Below are positions 12,879-24,035 of a DNA stretch of 64,000 bases, piece after piece. The notes under the pieces are model-generated. The model made no database searches and was not told the origin of the DNA. It saw only the letters and a list, made by a program, of their open reading frames with translations. Each line of letters starts with the position of its first letter. The stretch's first letter is position 1. Source of the stretch: Anaeromyxobacter sp. (lineage in GTDB: Bacteria > Myxococcota > Myxococcia > Myxococcales > Anaeromyxobacteraceae); contig JASGJN010000014.1 of assembly GCA_049840735.1 (NCBI GenBank), positions 96,001-160,000 on the forward strand, written 5' to 3'. A program made the translations under genes and the position numbers.

Positions 12879-13643
12879 CTACGACCACCCACCTTCATCG
12901 AACGCGGGATTCTCCTCCCCGGGGTAGCCACGCGGGTTGCAGAGGATCGTGGTGGCGCCAAGCGTGTAGCGGAACGAGTCGTGCGTGTGGCCGTGAACCC
13001 AGAGCGCCGGCCGCCGGGTCTCGATGAGGCCGGTCTGGTCGCACACGAAGAAGGCGTTCAGCGGGTCGCCCTCGTACCTGTGCGCCACGCTCCGCCGCGA
13101 CGGGAGGTGGTGCGTGACGACGATGTCCCCCTCCCTAACCATCTCGTCGAGCCAGGCCACGTGCTGGCGGTTCTGGTCGTAGACCCACGGCACGAAGCCC
13201 TCGATCTCAGCGAAGTCCGAGAGCCCGCCCGCGAGCCTCGGGTTGTTCGGGCCGTCGCGGAACCAGAGCGTCGCGCCCACGACCCTGTGGTCGCCCCACT
13301 TGGCGATGACGCCGGGCTCCAGGAGCGTGACCTTCGGATGCGCCGCCGCGAGCTTCCGAAGCCGCTCGAGCGCCACAGGCGCGGGAGCTCGGTAGAACTC
13401 GTGGTTCCCCGGGACGAAGAAGACCGCCTCGAACCTCGCCGAGAAGAACTCGACCGCCAGGTCCAACCAGCGGCGGCGACGCCCGGTCGGCACCGCGATG
13501 TCACCGGCTAGGACGCACGCGGTCCCGCTGGTGGCCGCACCCATAGACCGTTCGAGCGCAGTCGTGACCTGCTCACGATGCTGGAAGAACTCGAGGTGCA
13601 GGTCGGAGAAGACCTGCAGCCGTGGCGCCTGCGTTTCGGTCAC
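12879..13643 (-). CDS. Metallophosphoesterase (copy 1)
   Basis: SDLHLEF, LAGDI, PGNHEFY, VTHHLP, HGHTH, NPRGY. Confidence 0.9.
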   Translation of the reverse strand: MTETQAPRLQVFSDLHLEFFQHREQVTTALERSMGAATSGTACVLAGDIAVPTGRRRRWLDLAVEFFSARFEAVFFVPGNHEFYRAPAPVALERLRKLAAAHPKVTLLEPGVIAKWGDHRVVGATLWFRDGPNNPRLAGGLSDFAEIEGFVPWVYDQNRQHVAWLDEMVREGDIVVTHHLPSRRSVAHRYEGDPLNAFFVCDQTGLIETRRPALWVHGHTHDSFRYTLGATTILCNPRGYPGEENPAFDEGGWS

Positions 13644-14510
13644 TTGGGTAGAGAACTATGCATCTGGCGCTGGCCTCGCGCTGCTTGGGGTCGCTGGGCT
13701 GCCCCTTCTTTGCCGAGGTTACCAGCCACCGAACCAGCAGCACGGGCGGTGAGCGCGCCAACGAGGCACGCGCACGCCGCCGCGATGATGCACGCACGCT
13801 CGCTGACCCGCCGGGACTGCGCGGAGCGGATTGGCCGCTTCAAGCGCCGTCTTGAGCGCCTCGCTGAGAACATCCTCGAGCTGCCCCCTCAGAATGCTCC
13901 CGGTGGCCTTCATCTGGCCCGCCACCCGCTTGGCGGCTTCGTCGGAGAGACGAGCCACGGCACGTTTCGCAGCTTCGATGTGCTGCTGGGCGGCCCGTTC
14001 CGCCGTCGCCTCGACCTCGGCGACGGCGGCCTGGGACCTTTCCGAAGGTGATCGGCCATCAGCTCCTGATTCAGCGTCACCGTGATGAGGATGGGATCGT
14101 CGGGGTCGACCGAGGACGTTGTGCCGTCTCGCGCGACCTCACCGATGAGGTTCTGCAGGGCCTCGTCGGCGCCCTTCTCGGTCACAGCACTTCCGCGAGC
14201 TGGCTGAAGAGCTGGCGCTCCATGATCGCGATGCGCTCCCGGGACATGATGCTGAACTCTGGGCTCACCTTGGCCTCGGCGAACGTGAGCCGCTGATCGA
14301 GCATCTTCTGCAGATCGCGTCCATACGTCTGCGGGTTCTGCGCTGGGATGCGCAGCACGGCCGTGATGCGGTCCTTGTACCGCTCGTAGATCTTCATCTG
14401 CTCGAAGGTCTTGCCTTGCGCCTCGATCTTCCCGAAGTACTCGTTCAGCCACACGTAGATCTGAACCTGCTCGGGCAAGTTCTCGGCGAGCCATTCGAGC
14501 CCGGCGAAGG
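12880..14510. repeat. Diverged direct repeat, copy 1 (MPE, traM-like, 3' traL-like)
   Basis: Collinear with about 21992-23623. Confidence 0.9.
13700..14510 (-). pseudogene. Truncated traL-like 3' half plus frameshifted traM-like gene
   Basis: FAGLEWLAENLPEQ...AEVL closely matches the C-terminal half of 23295-24020; LIGEVAR...DPDDPILITVTLN. Confidence 0.7.
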
Positions 14511-15305
14511 AGGGCGCCCTCGGGGATTGGTACCGCATTCGTAGTGCCCGGCGGCGGGAAGCAGAAGGACGACCCCAAGGCCAAGCAGGCCCGGCGAGCG
14601 GGTCATCGAGTCTATCGAGACATACTGTCGCCACTGAAAGGGCGAGTGGGCTGGCCTGCTCATCGAGTTGGAGGACTGGCAGAAGCGGTGCAGCCAACGA
14701 GGCCTGGCGCGTCGTGCTCTCCCAGGCGGACGCCTACGGCCTCGAGCTCCTGGTGAAGCACATGGCGCTCGAGCGCCGGTTCACGAAGGCGGCGGGGAAG
14801 AGGAGTGGGGATCCCCTTCATCGCGAAACCTGCACGCGCGCGCGCCGCGTCCCATCCCGTCGCTTCCAGAGATCACAGGGCTGCCTGCCGTCGCCAAGCC
14901 CAAGACGACACGAAGTGGCACAGCACCGCGTGCATGAAGCAGTGACAACTCCAAGGGATTCCTGGCCTTAGCGAACTTCCCAACATAGAATGGGCGGGTG
15001 GATCTCCCTGGGAGTGGCATGTGCAGCACGGGCACGGCGGCGTCGAAGGGCGGTACCTTACCTGCGAACAGGGGATGCTACAGGCCGTGATGCTCAAACT
15101 CGGCCACGTGGGGCCCCGAGAGGGCCAGCAGGTGCATTCACACGAGCGACGGCCAAGAGTCCCCCTGCTTGAAGGGCGCCCTCACGAACCCACCGTGTTC
15201 ACAAATCGGAACCAGGACGGCTTAGCGGTGCCGTCGCCAACCCGACATCGTGATGCCTGTCCAGAGCTGCGCAGAACAAAATACCGCTCGCAAAGGTAGG
15301 AACGG

Positions 15306-16445
15306 ATGCAGCCAACTCAAGGAGATCTCGGCTTCCAGCCCACTACTCAGGTCGCCAGCGTGGAGCCAGAGGATAATGCGCCATCGGCGCCAGCTGAGGG
15401 CGGGCCGTGGAATCCAGACGACATCCGGATAACGACCAAGCCCTACTCACTTCGCCATATATGCGACATGATCTCTGATGGAGATCTGGACCTCGCCCCA
15501 GACTTTCAGCGAAGAGACGTCTGGAAGGCCCCCCAGAAGGCCAGACTCATCGAGTCCATCCTTTTGCGCATTCCTTTGCCCTCCTTTTACTTTGACGAAG
15601 ACGTGGAAGGTCGGCTGCATGTCGTCGACGGCGTGCAGCGTCTCACCGCGATTTTCGAGTTTGCGCGGAAATCCATGAAGCTCTCGGACCTTCGCTACCT
15701 CGAGAGTCTCGACCACAAAGCGTACAAGGAACTCGACCCCACACTGCGACGGAGGTTCGACGGGACGCAAATCTTCGTGAACGTCATCGACCCGCAAACC
15801 CCTCCAAAGGTTAAGTTCGATGTCTTTGTTCGTCTGAATACCGGCGGAACGCCGCTCAACGCCCAAGAGATAAGACACTGCATTAGCTCGAATGTGTCTC
15901 GCGAGTTTCTGAAGACGTGCGTGTCCGTGGCGGAGTTTCACGCTGCGACCGGCAACGCGTTCCGGGACAAGGAGACTACCAGGATGGCCGACCGCGAACT
16001 GGCCCTCAGGTTCTTCGCTTTGCGCCAATCAGACTGGGAGGCGGTATACAGAGCGAAGTCCAGCTATGACGAGTTCCTTGTCGAGATGACACAGCGCATA
16101 GACGGCATGAATGCGCAGGACCTGACCCCGTATGTGGAGTCATTTACGCAGGCGATGAAGAATGCCGCTCTCTTGTTCGAGGGCGATGCTTTCCGCAGAT
16201 GGAATAGGGATGGACGCAAAGGTCCGATCAACAAATCCCTGTTTGAGAGCTGGGCGGTTGTGCTCGCCGATGTGAACTGGCCCTCTGTCGCGCAGCGAAA
16301 AGATAAGATTCTCGTAGAGTTCAAGCGACGCATCGCTCACGACGAAGATTACTTAGCATCCGCCACCGTTGCCACTACCGACCTCAAGCGCATTCAGACG
16401 CGCATACGAATCGCCGGCGAAATTCTCGATGGGAGTGCGCCGTGA
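15306..16445 (+). CDS. DUF262/ParB-like protein, Menshen NsnA-like
   Basis: PDFQRRDVW...LIESILLRIPLP...VVDGVQRLT...FVRLNTGGTPLNAQEIR. Confidence 0.85.
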   Translation: MQPTQGDLGFQPTTQVASVEPEDNAPSAPAEGGPWNPDDIRITTKPYSLRHICDMISDGDLDLAPDFQRRDVWKAPQKARLIESILLRIPLPSFYFDEDVEGRLHVVDGVQRLTAIFEFARKSMKLSDLRYLESLDHKAYKELDPTLRRRFDGTQIFVNVIDPQTPPKVKFDVFVRLNTGGTPLNAQEIRHCISSNVSREFLKTCVSVAEFHAATGNAFRDKETTRMADRELALRFFALRQSDWEAVYRAKSSYDEFLVEMTQRIDGMNAQDLTPYVESFTQAMKNAALLFEGDAFRRWNRDGRKGPINKSLFESWAVVLADVNWPSVAQRKDKILVEFKRRIAHDEDYLASATVATTDLKRIQTRIRIAGEILDGSAP

Positions 16446-17545
16446 TTGAGTCGCTATTCATTTCAAGATTCAAGTGTTTCGACGATGTGCGTCTCCTGGT
16501 GAAGGGCTTGACTGTGTTGACTGGCCTTAATGGGGCCGGCAAGTCATCCGCCATTCAGGCGTTGCTACTGTCGCGCTTGGCCGTAGACGGATCCACCCAT
16601 ATCCCGTTAAACGGCCCCTTCGGTCTCGCGTTAGGGGAGGCGGTTGATGTGCTAACCTTTGACGCAGATCCCGCGGAGGGTATCGCCATTGGTCTGTACG
16701 ATTCAGGTGTTGAGTACCGTTGGCGCTTCGGCGTTGGGGACCCTGGGCTTCGCCGGCCTTATCTGACGGTCGAGACCCGTCCCGGCACTCTCCCGCCCAC
16801 TGTCGCGGCAGCGGGCAGGCGTTTCACGTACTTGGCGGCGGAGCGACTGGGTCCCCGTGACGTTGTGGAAGCGAGTTCAGAGGCGTCGAGCGAGCTCGAA
16901 GTGGGTTACGCGGGTCAATTCACCGCGCAGATCCTGAACGTGTGCGCCAAGGACCCAGTTCCGGAGAAGCGCAGGAATCAGCGCAACGCCAGCCGACGCT
17001 TGACTGACTTGCACCATCAGGTGGAATGGTGGATTGGAGAGATTGTCAGGGACGTGGAAATCGAAACCGAGTGGTATAGTGGTACGAACATGGTGGGGCT
17101 GCGGTTTCGTGGCCTCGGTTTCAGGTCCGAATGGACTCGCCCTGCGAACACCGGATTTGGCCTTACATACACCCTCCCTATTGTCGTCGCGGGGCTCTTG
17201 GCTCCCCGAGGAGGGCTTCTCGTAGTCGAGAACCCTGAGGCTCATCTGCATCCTGCGGGTCAGTCCGCAATGGGAGCCTTTCTTGCGCGTGTCGCGGGTG
17301 ATGGCGTTCAAGTGATCTTGGAGACGCACAGCGACCACGTGATAAGCGGGATCAGGCGCGGAATCGCTGAGTTCCGACTTGTCGAGGCACCGGATGTCGT
17401 GGTGCACTTCTTCCGCGGCGGGAAGGACCGCCCGGAGACTCTCGATATCGCGGACTCGGGCCAAATATCCGGGTGGCCGAAGGGGTTCTTCGATCAGATA
17501 GAAATTGACCTGGCTGCCCTCGCTAGGATCGGTCGCCGCCGGTAA
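16442..17545 (+). CDS. ABC/AAA ATPase with DUF3696-like C-terminus, Menshen NsnB-like
   Basis: GLNGAGKS, GFGLTYTLP, VENPEAHLHP, ETHSDH, WPKGFFDQ; GTGA overlap with upstream gene. Confidence 0.85.
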   Translation: MIESLFISRFKCFDDVRLLVKGLTVLTGLNGAGKSSAIQALLLSRLAVDGSTHIPLNGPFGLALGEAVDVLTFDADPAEGIAIGLYDSGVEYRWRFGVGDPGLRRPYLTVETRPGTLPPTVAAAGRRFTYLAAERLGPRDVVEASSEASSELEVGYAGQFTAQILNVCAKDPVPEKRRNQRNASRRLTDLHHQVEWWIGEIVRDVEIETEWYSGTNMVGLRFRGLGFRSEWTRPANTGFGLTYTLPIVVAGLLAPRGGLLVVENPEAHLHPAGQSAMGAFLARVAGDGVQVILETHSDHVISGIRRGIAEFRLVEAPDVVVHFFRGGKDRPETLDIADSGQISGWPKGFFDQIEIDLAALARIGRRR

Positions 17546-18474
17546 TGCGTTTCGCAATCGACGAGAGTTCTTGGCAGAAGCCAGTGGCGGAAGCCGATCT
17601 GCTAAGTGCGTTGGTCGACTTCGCGGATCGACTCGAGGTGGCCAGGGAACGGGACGAGCCGGTTGCGAAAGCTGCGACCTTCTTTGAGGGCGAGCTTGTA
17701 ACTGAGGTTCTGTTCGATCCGAACGGGTGGACGCGGGACCAGCGGGACCTCAGGGTGCAGTTGCTCGCCGCGTTAACCCGGATCCCGAATTGGGATGCTG
17801 ACCAGGAGTCGAGCGACCTTGAAGGGCAGGGAGCTGTGGTGAATGGCATGATCGTGTCCCCCGCTCCCTCTATCAGATGGACACACTTCAGGTGCCTCTC
17901 TGGAGTCGCCACGGCATGCTTGCCGCTCAAGTGCGCGGGCCGCCAAGGGCTATGCGACGTCACGGTGGATGGTGTCCCGAACAAGCTATGGTTTGTCACG
18001 GACGACGCGGACCACGTGGCGTTCTTTCGCGACGCCATCGATGTCGAAAGGTGCGATGAGGCTGCACTAGAGCGCATCGCCCCTTCGGCATTCCCGAACC
18101 TTGCATGGGTGGAAGGGGTATGGCAGGGCTTGCGGGATTTTAGCCGACCCTATATTGCCGTGCGCGGGGAGGTGGTCCGCCACTTGAGCGTGCTGTCTGA
18201 TCACGGCCGGGACATCTTCGCTGGACCTCGTACGGAGATCGCATCGAGGTTTGGGTCACTTGGCATAGCAATTTCCCCGGAAAACGGGAAGACGCTTTCC
18301 AACGCTAAATGCATGGTGGCCCGGACTCGGCTGTTTCGTGGAGAGCGGGTGCAGTTCGTGTGGCACACGAAGTTGCTGCCTCACGTGGATCGAATCCATG
18401 TGCATGAAGGGACGTCTGGGTCGGGCGGAAAGATTATTGTGGGCATCATGCGCGACCACCTTCCTCTTCCGTAG
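17545..18474 (+). CDS. Third gene of Menshen-like operon (NsnC-like), possible RelE-like C-terminus
   Basis: TAATG overlap; C-terminal WHTK...RIHVH...KIIVGIMRDHLP. Confidence 0.65.
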   Translation: MRFAIDESSWQKPVAEADLLSALVDFADRLEVARERDEPVAKAATFFEGELVTEVLFDPNGWTRDQRDLRVQLLAALTRIPNWDADQESSDLEGQGAVVNGMIVSPAPSIRWTHFRCLSGVATACLPLKCAGRQGLCDVTVDGVPNKLWFVTDDADHVAFFRDAIDVERCDEAALERIAPSAFPNLAWVEGVWQGLRDFSRPYIAVRGEVVRHLSVLSDHGRDIFAGPRTEIASRFGSLGIAISPENGKTLSNAKCMVARTRLFRGERVQFVWHTKLLPHVDRIHVHEGTSGSGGKIIVGIMRDHLPLP

Positions 18475-18816
18475 AGGCCGTGGCAGGCGGGGCTCTAGCT
18501 GGGAGTTCTGACCTGCCCCACCAAATCCCGAACGGTTTCGGACCGGATACGAAGGGCCCGCTTTCGCAGAAGTTTCCGCATGAAGTTCATGCTCCACCGC
18601 TGATTCGGTGCCATTGACGCATTCGGGACCACGCGGAGGTGGTTCGCCCGCTTCCGGCGCTTCTTCGTGCGGAGCTCCAGCCCCTCCAGCTTGTACAGAC
18701 ACTACACACGCCTGATGTTTTGCGTGCCAGCCCTCCCGCTGGAGCAGGATGAGGAGCCCGGCGCCTGGGCCAGCGCCTGAGCGTCGACTCCTACCCGCGT
18801 CGGCCGGAGACTACGG

Positions 18817-19544
18817 TGTTCCCCTCGCCGAGGTTGACACTCCTCGGGTCGATAGACCGGGAGCGGTTCGGGTAGAAGGTTGGTCGTGAAGAAGGACGAG
18901 AGAGATCGCGGAGAAGACGGAGGCGGCGAAGGCCGCGGCGGTCCCGGAGAACGTGCGGGGACGGCCGGGCCGGCGCAGTGCCGAGGATCGGCGCAGGGCC
19001 GTGCTGGAGCTGCTGGGCGGCAAGGCCACCGTGGACCAGGTGGCGATGCGGTTCGGGGTCCTGCCGGAGACGGTGGAGAGCTGGCGGGCGGACGCGCTGG
19101 CCGGCATCGACGCTGCGTTGAAGCAGGGCACCGGGAAGTCGGCCAGGGAACTCGAGTTGGAGGCCGAGCTCGAGGTCATGCGGGAGACCGCCCTGAACGC
19201 GACGGTGCAGGTGACGCTGCTGCAGAAGGCGATGGGCATCAAGCCCCGCCCTTCTCGGCCCGCGAGGTCGCGGAAATGAGCAGGGAGACCTCGGCGGGCG
19301 TCGCTACCGTGACCCAGCTCTGCGAGGCGTTCGGGATCTCCCGGGCGGCGTACTACGCCGCGAAGAGGCCCCCGCCAGCGGCCCGGGTGGTGACGCTGCG
19401 GCGGGCGCCGCGGCACACCTCCAGCGAGGGTGGTGCTGGAGGCGATCCGCGAGGTCATCAAGGCCGAGCCGGCCTGGGGCGTCCGGAAGGTCTGGGCGAC
19501 GCTGAAGCGCCAGGGGCTCAAGGTCTCCAAGAAGCGGGTCCACG
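18817..19544 (+). mobile_element. IS3-family remnant (orfA + start of orfB), truncated by IS66
   Basis: HTH orfA SAEDRRRAVLELL...VESWR; orfB LCEAFGISRAAYY...WGVRKVWATLKR. Confidence 0.75.
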
Positions 19545-21181
19545 GTAACCACCCGGGGAACGCCGTCTGGCGAGGGTGATCCGGCCGGTCGATGCTCCTC
19601 CGCTCACGACGGAGGACGACATGACCGAGCAGGAGCGGACGCGGTGGACGAGGCTGGTCGCAGACTTCGAGGCAAGCGATTCCACGCAGCGGGAGTTCGC
19701 CAAGGAGCGCGGGGTCTCGTTCAGCAACCTGCGCAACTGGCTGTACAAGCTTCGCAAGGAGTCCCGGCCGCTGCAGCCGGAGCCGCCCAAGGTGTCTGGT
19801 CAAGCCCCTGAGCGGGCGGCGGCGCCGGAGGGCTCGCGTCTGGTGCCGGTCCTCGTGGTAGCGTCCGCGGCGAAGCCGCGGACCTCGGTGGTGGCGGTGA
19901 GCCGGGGCGAGATGGTCGAGATCGCGCTCCCCTCCGGCGTCCGGGTCCGCTTCCCCGTCGGCACCGATCCCCGGTACGTGCGCTCACTGGCGGCGGCGCT
20001 GTAGCCGTGATCGGGATCCCGCAGTCGGTCCGCATCCTGATCGCCACCACGCCCATCGACATGCGGAAGTCCATCGACGGCCTCACCGCCATCGTGCAGC
20101 AGGAGATGAAGGAGGACGCCTACTCGGGCCACCTCTTCATCTTCGTGTCGAGGCGGCGCGATCGGGCGAAGATCCTCGCGTGGGACAAGGGCGGCTTCGT
20201 CCTGGTCTACAAGCGGCTCGAGCGCGGCCAGTTCAAGCTGCCGCACATGGACCCCTCCACGATGGCCGTCGAGATCGACGCCACGCAGCTCGCGATGCTG
20301 CTCGACGGGATCGACTTCGGCCGCGTCGGGCGGCGATGTCGTGGAACCCGAACTCGCGCGCTCGATCTGCAAGCTCGTACTGGCGCCGCTGGCTCTCGAG
20401 ATTCTCCTCGACCTGGATCAGTGTCGATTGGCGAACGTAGACGATCGCCCGTCGCTCCAGGACGCTGCTGGGGAGGTCACCGCGGCTCATCATCGCGCTC
20501 CTCCCTTGCCCCGACGCTCTCCGCGGCCGCGAGCAGGATTTCGGCCAGCGCGCGCAGGACCTCGTTCCGCACGTTCGGCTCGACTACGGAAAGGGCGAGC
20601 TCGTCGCGGGGCAACAGCTCGCACTGGGACGGTGCTGGCGGCAGCGCCTTCATCGGAACGCTCCTGCTCCCCGGCGGGGGATGCGCCCCGATCAAAGCCC
20701 AACGCAGCCAGCACGGACAGAAGTTCGACCAGCGCTGAGAACGGCACGCGCGGCGGCCCGACCGTCATCTCCGCCCAAGCACCCGCGTCGAGCATCCACG
20801 CCGGCAGCACGGTGCGCGTCCCGTCCCGCGCCTCGAAGATGACAACGTCCTCTCCTCGACGATGCTCGCGATACGCGACGCGAACCTCGCTGCCGAACTG
20901 CGGGTGCCATCGGTAGTGCACCACCGCGCGTTCGCCGACATGGGCAGAATGAACGGGGACTCGCCCTCGGCCGGAAGAACTTCCTGTTCGTGGAAAGCGA
21001 CGAGGCTGGCGAGAACCTCGCAGGCCTCTACTCGCTCATCGCGACCTGCGAGGTGAACGGCATCAACCCGGTCACCTACCTCGCCGACGTCTTGCTCCGC
21101 GTCCAGACGCAGCCCGCGTCCCAGATTGACAAACTGCTGCCGCACAACTGGGCGCCGACGAGACTGGCTGACACGTCTTAG
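19545..21181 (+). mobile_element. IS66 remnant: tnpA (19621-20004), tnpB (20007-~20330), tnpC C-terminal fragment (~20957-21181)
   Basis: GTAACC end; tnpB PIDMRKSIDGL...KRLERGQF; tnpC ALGRKNFLF...YSLIATCEVNGINP...LLPHNW. Confidence 0.9.
20330..20956 (-). mobile_element. Remnant of a serine-recombinase cassette (two small ORFs + recombinase N-terminus) inside IS66
   Basis: RAIVYVRQSTLIQVEENLESQRRQY serine recombinase start; HYRWHPQFG...LPAWM upstream ORF. Confidence 0.75.
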
Positions 21182-21184
21182 GCA

Positions 21185-21699
21185 CTATACGCCCCGCGAC
21201 TTGTTGAGCCATTCGCGAGTCTTCCAGAAGACTGGACACGCGCCCACTGGCTCCAGGGAAAGCCGGGGATCATCCGACTGGACAAGCAGGATGAGCCTTC
21301 GCCCGTGAAGAAGGTGGCGCCGGCTCGCTGTCGCAAAGACGTCGAGCAGACCCGATGCGAACGGGCCCAAGCGCGCCACAGCTCTATCGTATTCCTCCAA
21401 AACGACCGCGCGCCCTGAGCCGTCGGCCACTGGTACGTCATCGAGACAGTCGGCAGGAGCGGCGAGGTTGCCTCCGAAGTACTCTGGAAACTCTAGTAGC
21501 CGGGCAATGGCCGCAACCGCGCCGTCCGGCGTGTTCCACTCGCACGCGCCGCAGAGATCGACCCTGTAAGCGTTCTCCCGTAGCCACTTGATGTCGGCCT
21601 CAAGGATGCGGTGGTCGAAGTACATCACGACCGGCCCATTCTGAAGTCCCTGAAATCGAGGCGCTCGTACTCGCCGGGCTCGTCCCGAAAGGCAGACAT
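21185..21699 (-). CDS. Barstar-like (ribonuclease inhibitor) protein, frameshift near 21645
   Basis: FPEYFGGNLAAPADCLDD barstar-type motif; ATG at 21699 is in another frame. Confidence 0.6.
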
Positions 21700-21990
21700 G
21701 GTGAGGAAAGGGTACCGTCGCGCCCCGCACGAGAGCAACACGCACGAGAGCAACAGACTCGGTCAAGACGTCTCTCCTCGGCCGGTTACGAAGCGGCCGA
21801 GGGGCTCGTCGGCCTCGCAAGGGAGCTCGGCTGGAGCCCACCCCCAGATTGGCAGAAGAGAAAGCCCACCTTCCGGGCAGGGACTTGGGAGCACCAGACC
21901 GATTCGCTCGTGCAGCTGATCGAGTCGCTCTGATTCGCGCCCCACATCCGACGCCGGGGCAAGCGGAACGCACGCATGGTGCGGCCGCCC

Positions 21991-22756
21991 CTAAGGCCAC
22001 CATCCCTCGTCGAACGCAGCGTTCTCCGAGCCGGGGTAGCCACGCGGGTTGCAGAGGATCGTGGTCGCGCCGAGTGTGTAACGGAACGAGTCGTGCGTGT
22101 GGCCGTGACCCCAGAGCGCTGGCCGCCGCGCCTCGATGAGGCTGGTCTGGTCGCAGACGAAGAAGGCGTTCAGCGGGTCGCCCTCGTACCTGGGCGCCAC
22201 GCTTCGCCGCGAGGGGAGGTGGTGCGTGACGACGATGTCCCCCTCCCGAACCACCTCTTCGAGCCAGGCCAGGTGCTGGCGATTCTGGTCGTAGACCCAC
22301 GGCACGAAGCCGCCGATCGCCGCGAAGTCCGAGAGCATGCCCGCCAGCCTCGGGTTGTTCGGGCCGTCGCGGAACCAGAGCGTCGCGCCCACGACTCTGT
22401 GGTCGCCCCACTTGGCGATGACCCCGGGCTCCAGGAGGGTGACCTTCGGATGCGCCGACGCGAGCTTTCGAAGACGGTCGAGCGCCAGAGGCGCTGGAGC
22501 TCGGTAGAACTCGTGGTTCTCCGGGACGAAGAAGACAGTCGCGAACCTCGCCGAGAAGAACTCGAGCGCGAGATTCATCCAGCGGCGGCGACGCCCGGTC
22601 GGCACCGCGATATTACCGGCGAGGACGCACGCGGTCCCGCTGTCATCCGCACCGGATCGACCGCTCGAGAGTAGTCGTGACCTGCTCTCGATGCTGGAAG
22701 AACTCGAGGTGCAGGTCGGAGAAGACCTGCAACCGTGGCGCCTGCGCTCCGCTCAT
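21991..22756 (-). pseudogene. Metallophosphoesterase (copy 2), frameshifted, GNHE->ENHE
   Basis: Paralog of 12879-13643; frame break near 22650. Confidence 0.75.
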
Positions 22757-23623
22757 TCAAGTAGAGAAGTATGCATCTGGCACTGACCTCGCGCTGCTTG
22801 GCGTCGCTGGGCTCCCCAACTTCTTGCCAACTTCACCGCTCCCGAACCAGCAGCACGGCGGCGAGCGCGCCAACGAGGCACGCGCACGCCGCCGCGATGA
22901 TACACGCACGGCTCGCTGACCTTCCGGGACTGCACGGAGCGATTTGCCGCTTCGAGCGCCGTCTTGAGCGCGTGGCTGAGAACGTCCTCGAGCTGCCCCC
23001 TCAGAATGCTCCCGGTGGCCTTCATCTGGCCCGCCACCCGCTTGGCGGCTTCGTCAGAGAAGACGAGCCACGGCACGTTTCGCAGCTTCGATGTGCTGCT
23101 GGGCGGCCCGTTCCGCCGTCGCCTCGACCACGGCGACGGCGGCCTGGACCTTCCGAAAAGGTGTTCGGCCATTCAGCGCCTGATTTCAGCGTCACCGTGA
23201 TGAGGATGGGATCCGTTGGGGTCGACGAGGATATTGTGCCGCCGCGCGACCTCGCCGATGAGGGCTTGGACGGCCTCGTCGCGCCCCTTCTCGTTCACAG
23301 CACTTCCGCGATCTGCCCGAAGAGTTGGCGCTCCATGAGCACGATGCGCTCCCTGGACATGATGCTGAAGGCTGGGCTCACCTTGGCCTCCGCAAACGTG
23401 AGTCGCTGATCCAGCATCTTCTGCAGGTCGCGCCCGTACGTCTGCGGGTTCTGTGCGGGAATCCGCAGCACGGCCGTGATGCGGTCCTTGTACCTTTCGT
23501 AGATCTTCATCTGCTCGAAGGTCTTCCCCTCGGCCTCGACCTTCCCGAAGTACTCGTTCAGCCACACGTAGATCTCTGCGTGCTCCGGCAGGTTCTCGGC
23601 GAGCCACTCAAGGCCGGCGAAGG
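21992..23623. repeat. Diverged direct repeat, copy 2
   Basis: Collinear with 12880-14510. Confidence 0.9.
22800..23298 (-). pseudogene. TraM (IncP)-like gene, frameshifted
   Basis: LIGEVARRHNILVDP pattern, directly downstream of and overlapping the traL-like gene. Confidence 0.55.
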
Positions 23624-24020
23624 TGTCCATCATCCCGTAGCCGCCGGTGAGGACCGTGTGGATGGCCACCTCTCGACCCAACCTGCGGATCACTTCGATC
23701 GGGTTCGACTCGGCCATGTACTTCGCGAACGGAACGAAGGTGGCCGCACCGTTGTCGATCACGACGTTGGCAGGCTCGCGCTCGATCATCGTGATGAGCT
23801 CGTCGAACATCCCGGAGTCGATGGCGCCGTCGCGGAGGAGCTCCAAGCGACGGACGTTGAACTGCGGGTACCGCGAGAGCGTGGCGTTCACCGGATCCGT
23901 GTCCACGTTCACGGTCGGGCCTCGCACGCCTGAGGCGTAGTACTCGGCCAGCAGCGCTGCTACGAGCGACTTTCCGACGCCCCCCTTCCCCTGGAGCACA
24001 GCGCTCACCTTGAATGTCAT
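23295..24020 (-). CDS. TraL/StbB-like P-loop NTPase
   Basis: LQGKGGVGKS, DTDPVNAT, VIDNGAATFVP, IHTVLTGG, VWLNEYFG. Confidence 0.85.
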   Translation of the reverse strand: MTFKVSAVLQGKGGVGKSLVAALLAEYYASGVRGPTVNVDTDPVNATLSRYPQFNVRRLELLRDGAIDSGMFDELITMIEREPANVVIDNGAATFVPFAKYMAESNPIEVIRRLGREVAIHTVLTGGYGMMDTFAGLEWLAENLPEHAEIYVWLNEYFGKVEAEGKTFEQMKIYERYKDRITAVLRIPAQNPQTYGRDLQKMLDQRLTFAEAKVSPAFSIMSRERIVLMERQLFGQIAEVL

Positions 24021-24035
24021 GCCCGTTCTCCGATT

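Noticed and set aside
14870..15300. Gene upstream of the Menshen-like operon
   Set aside because: Only short interrupted frames with no recognisable motif
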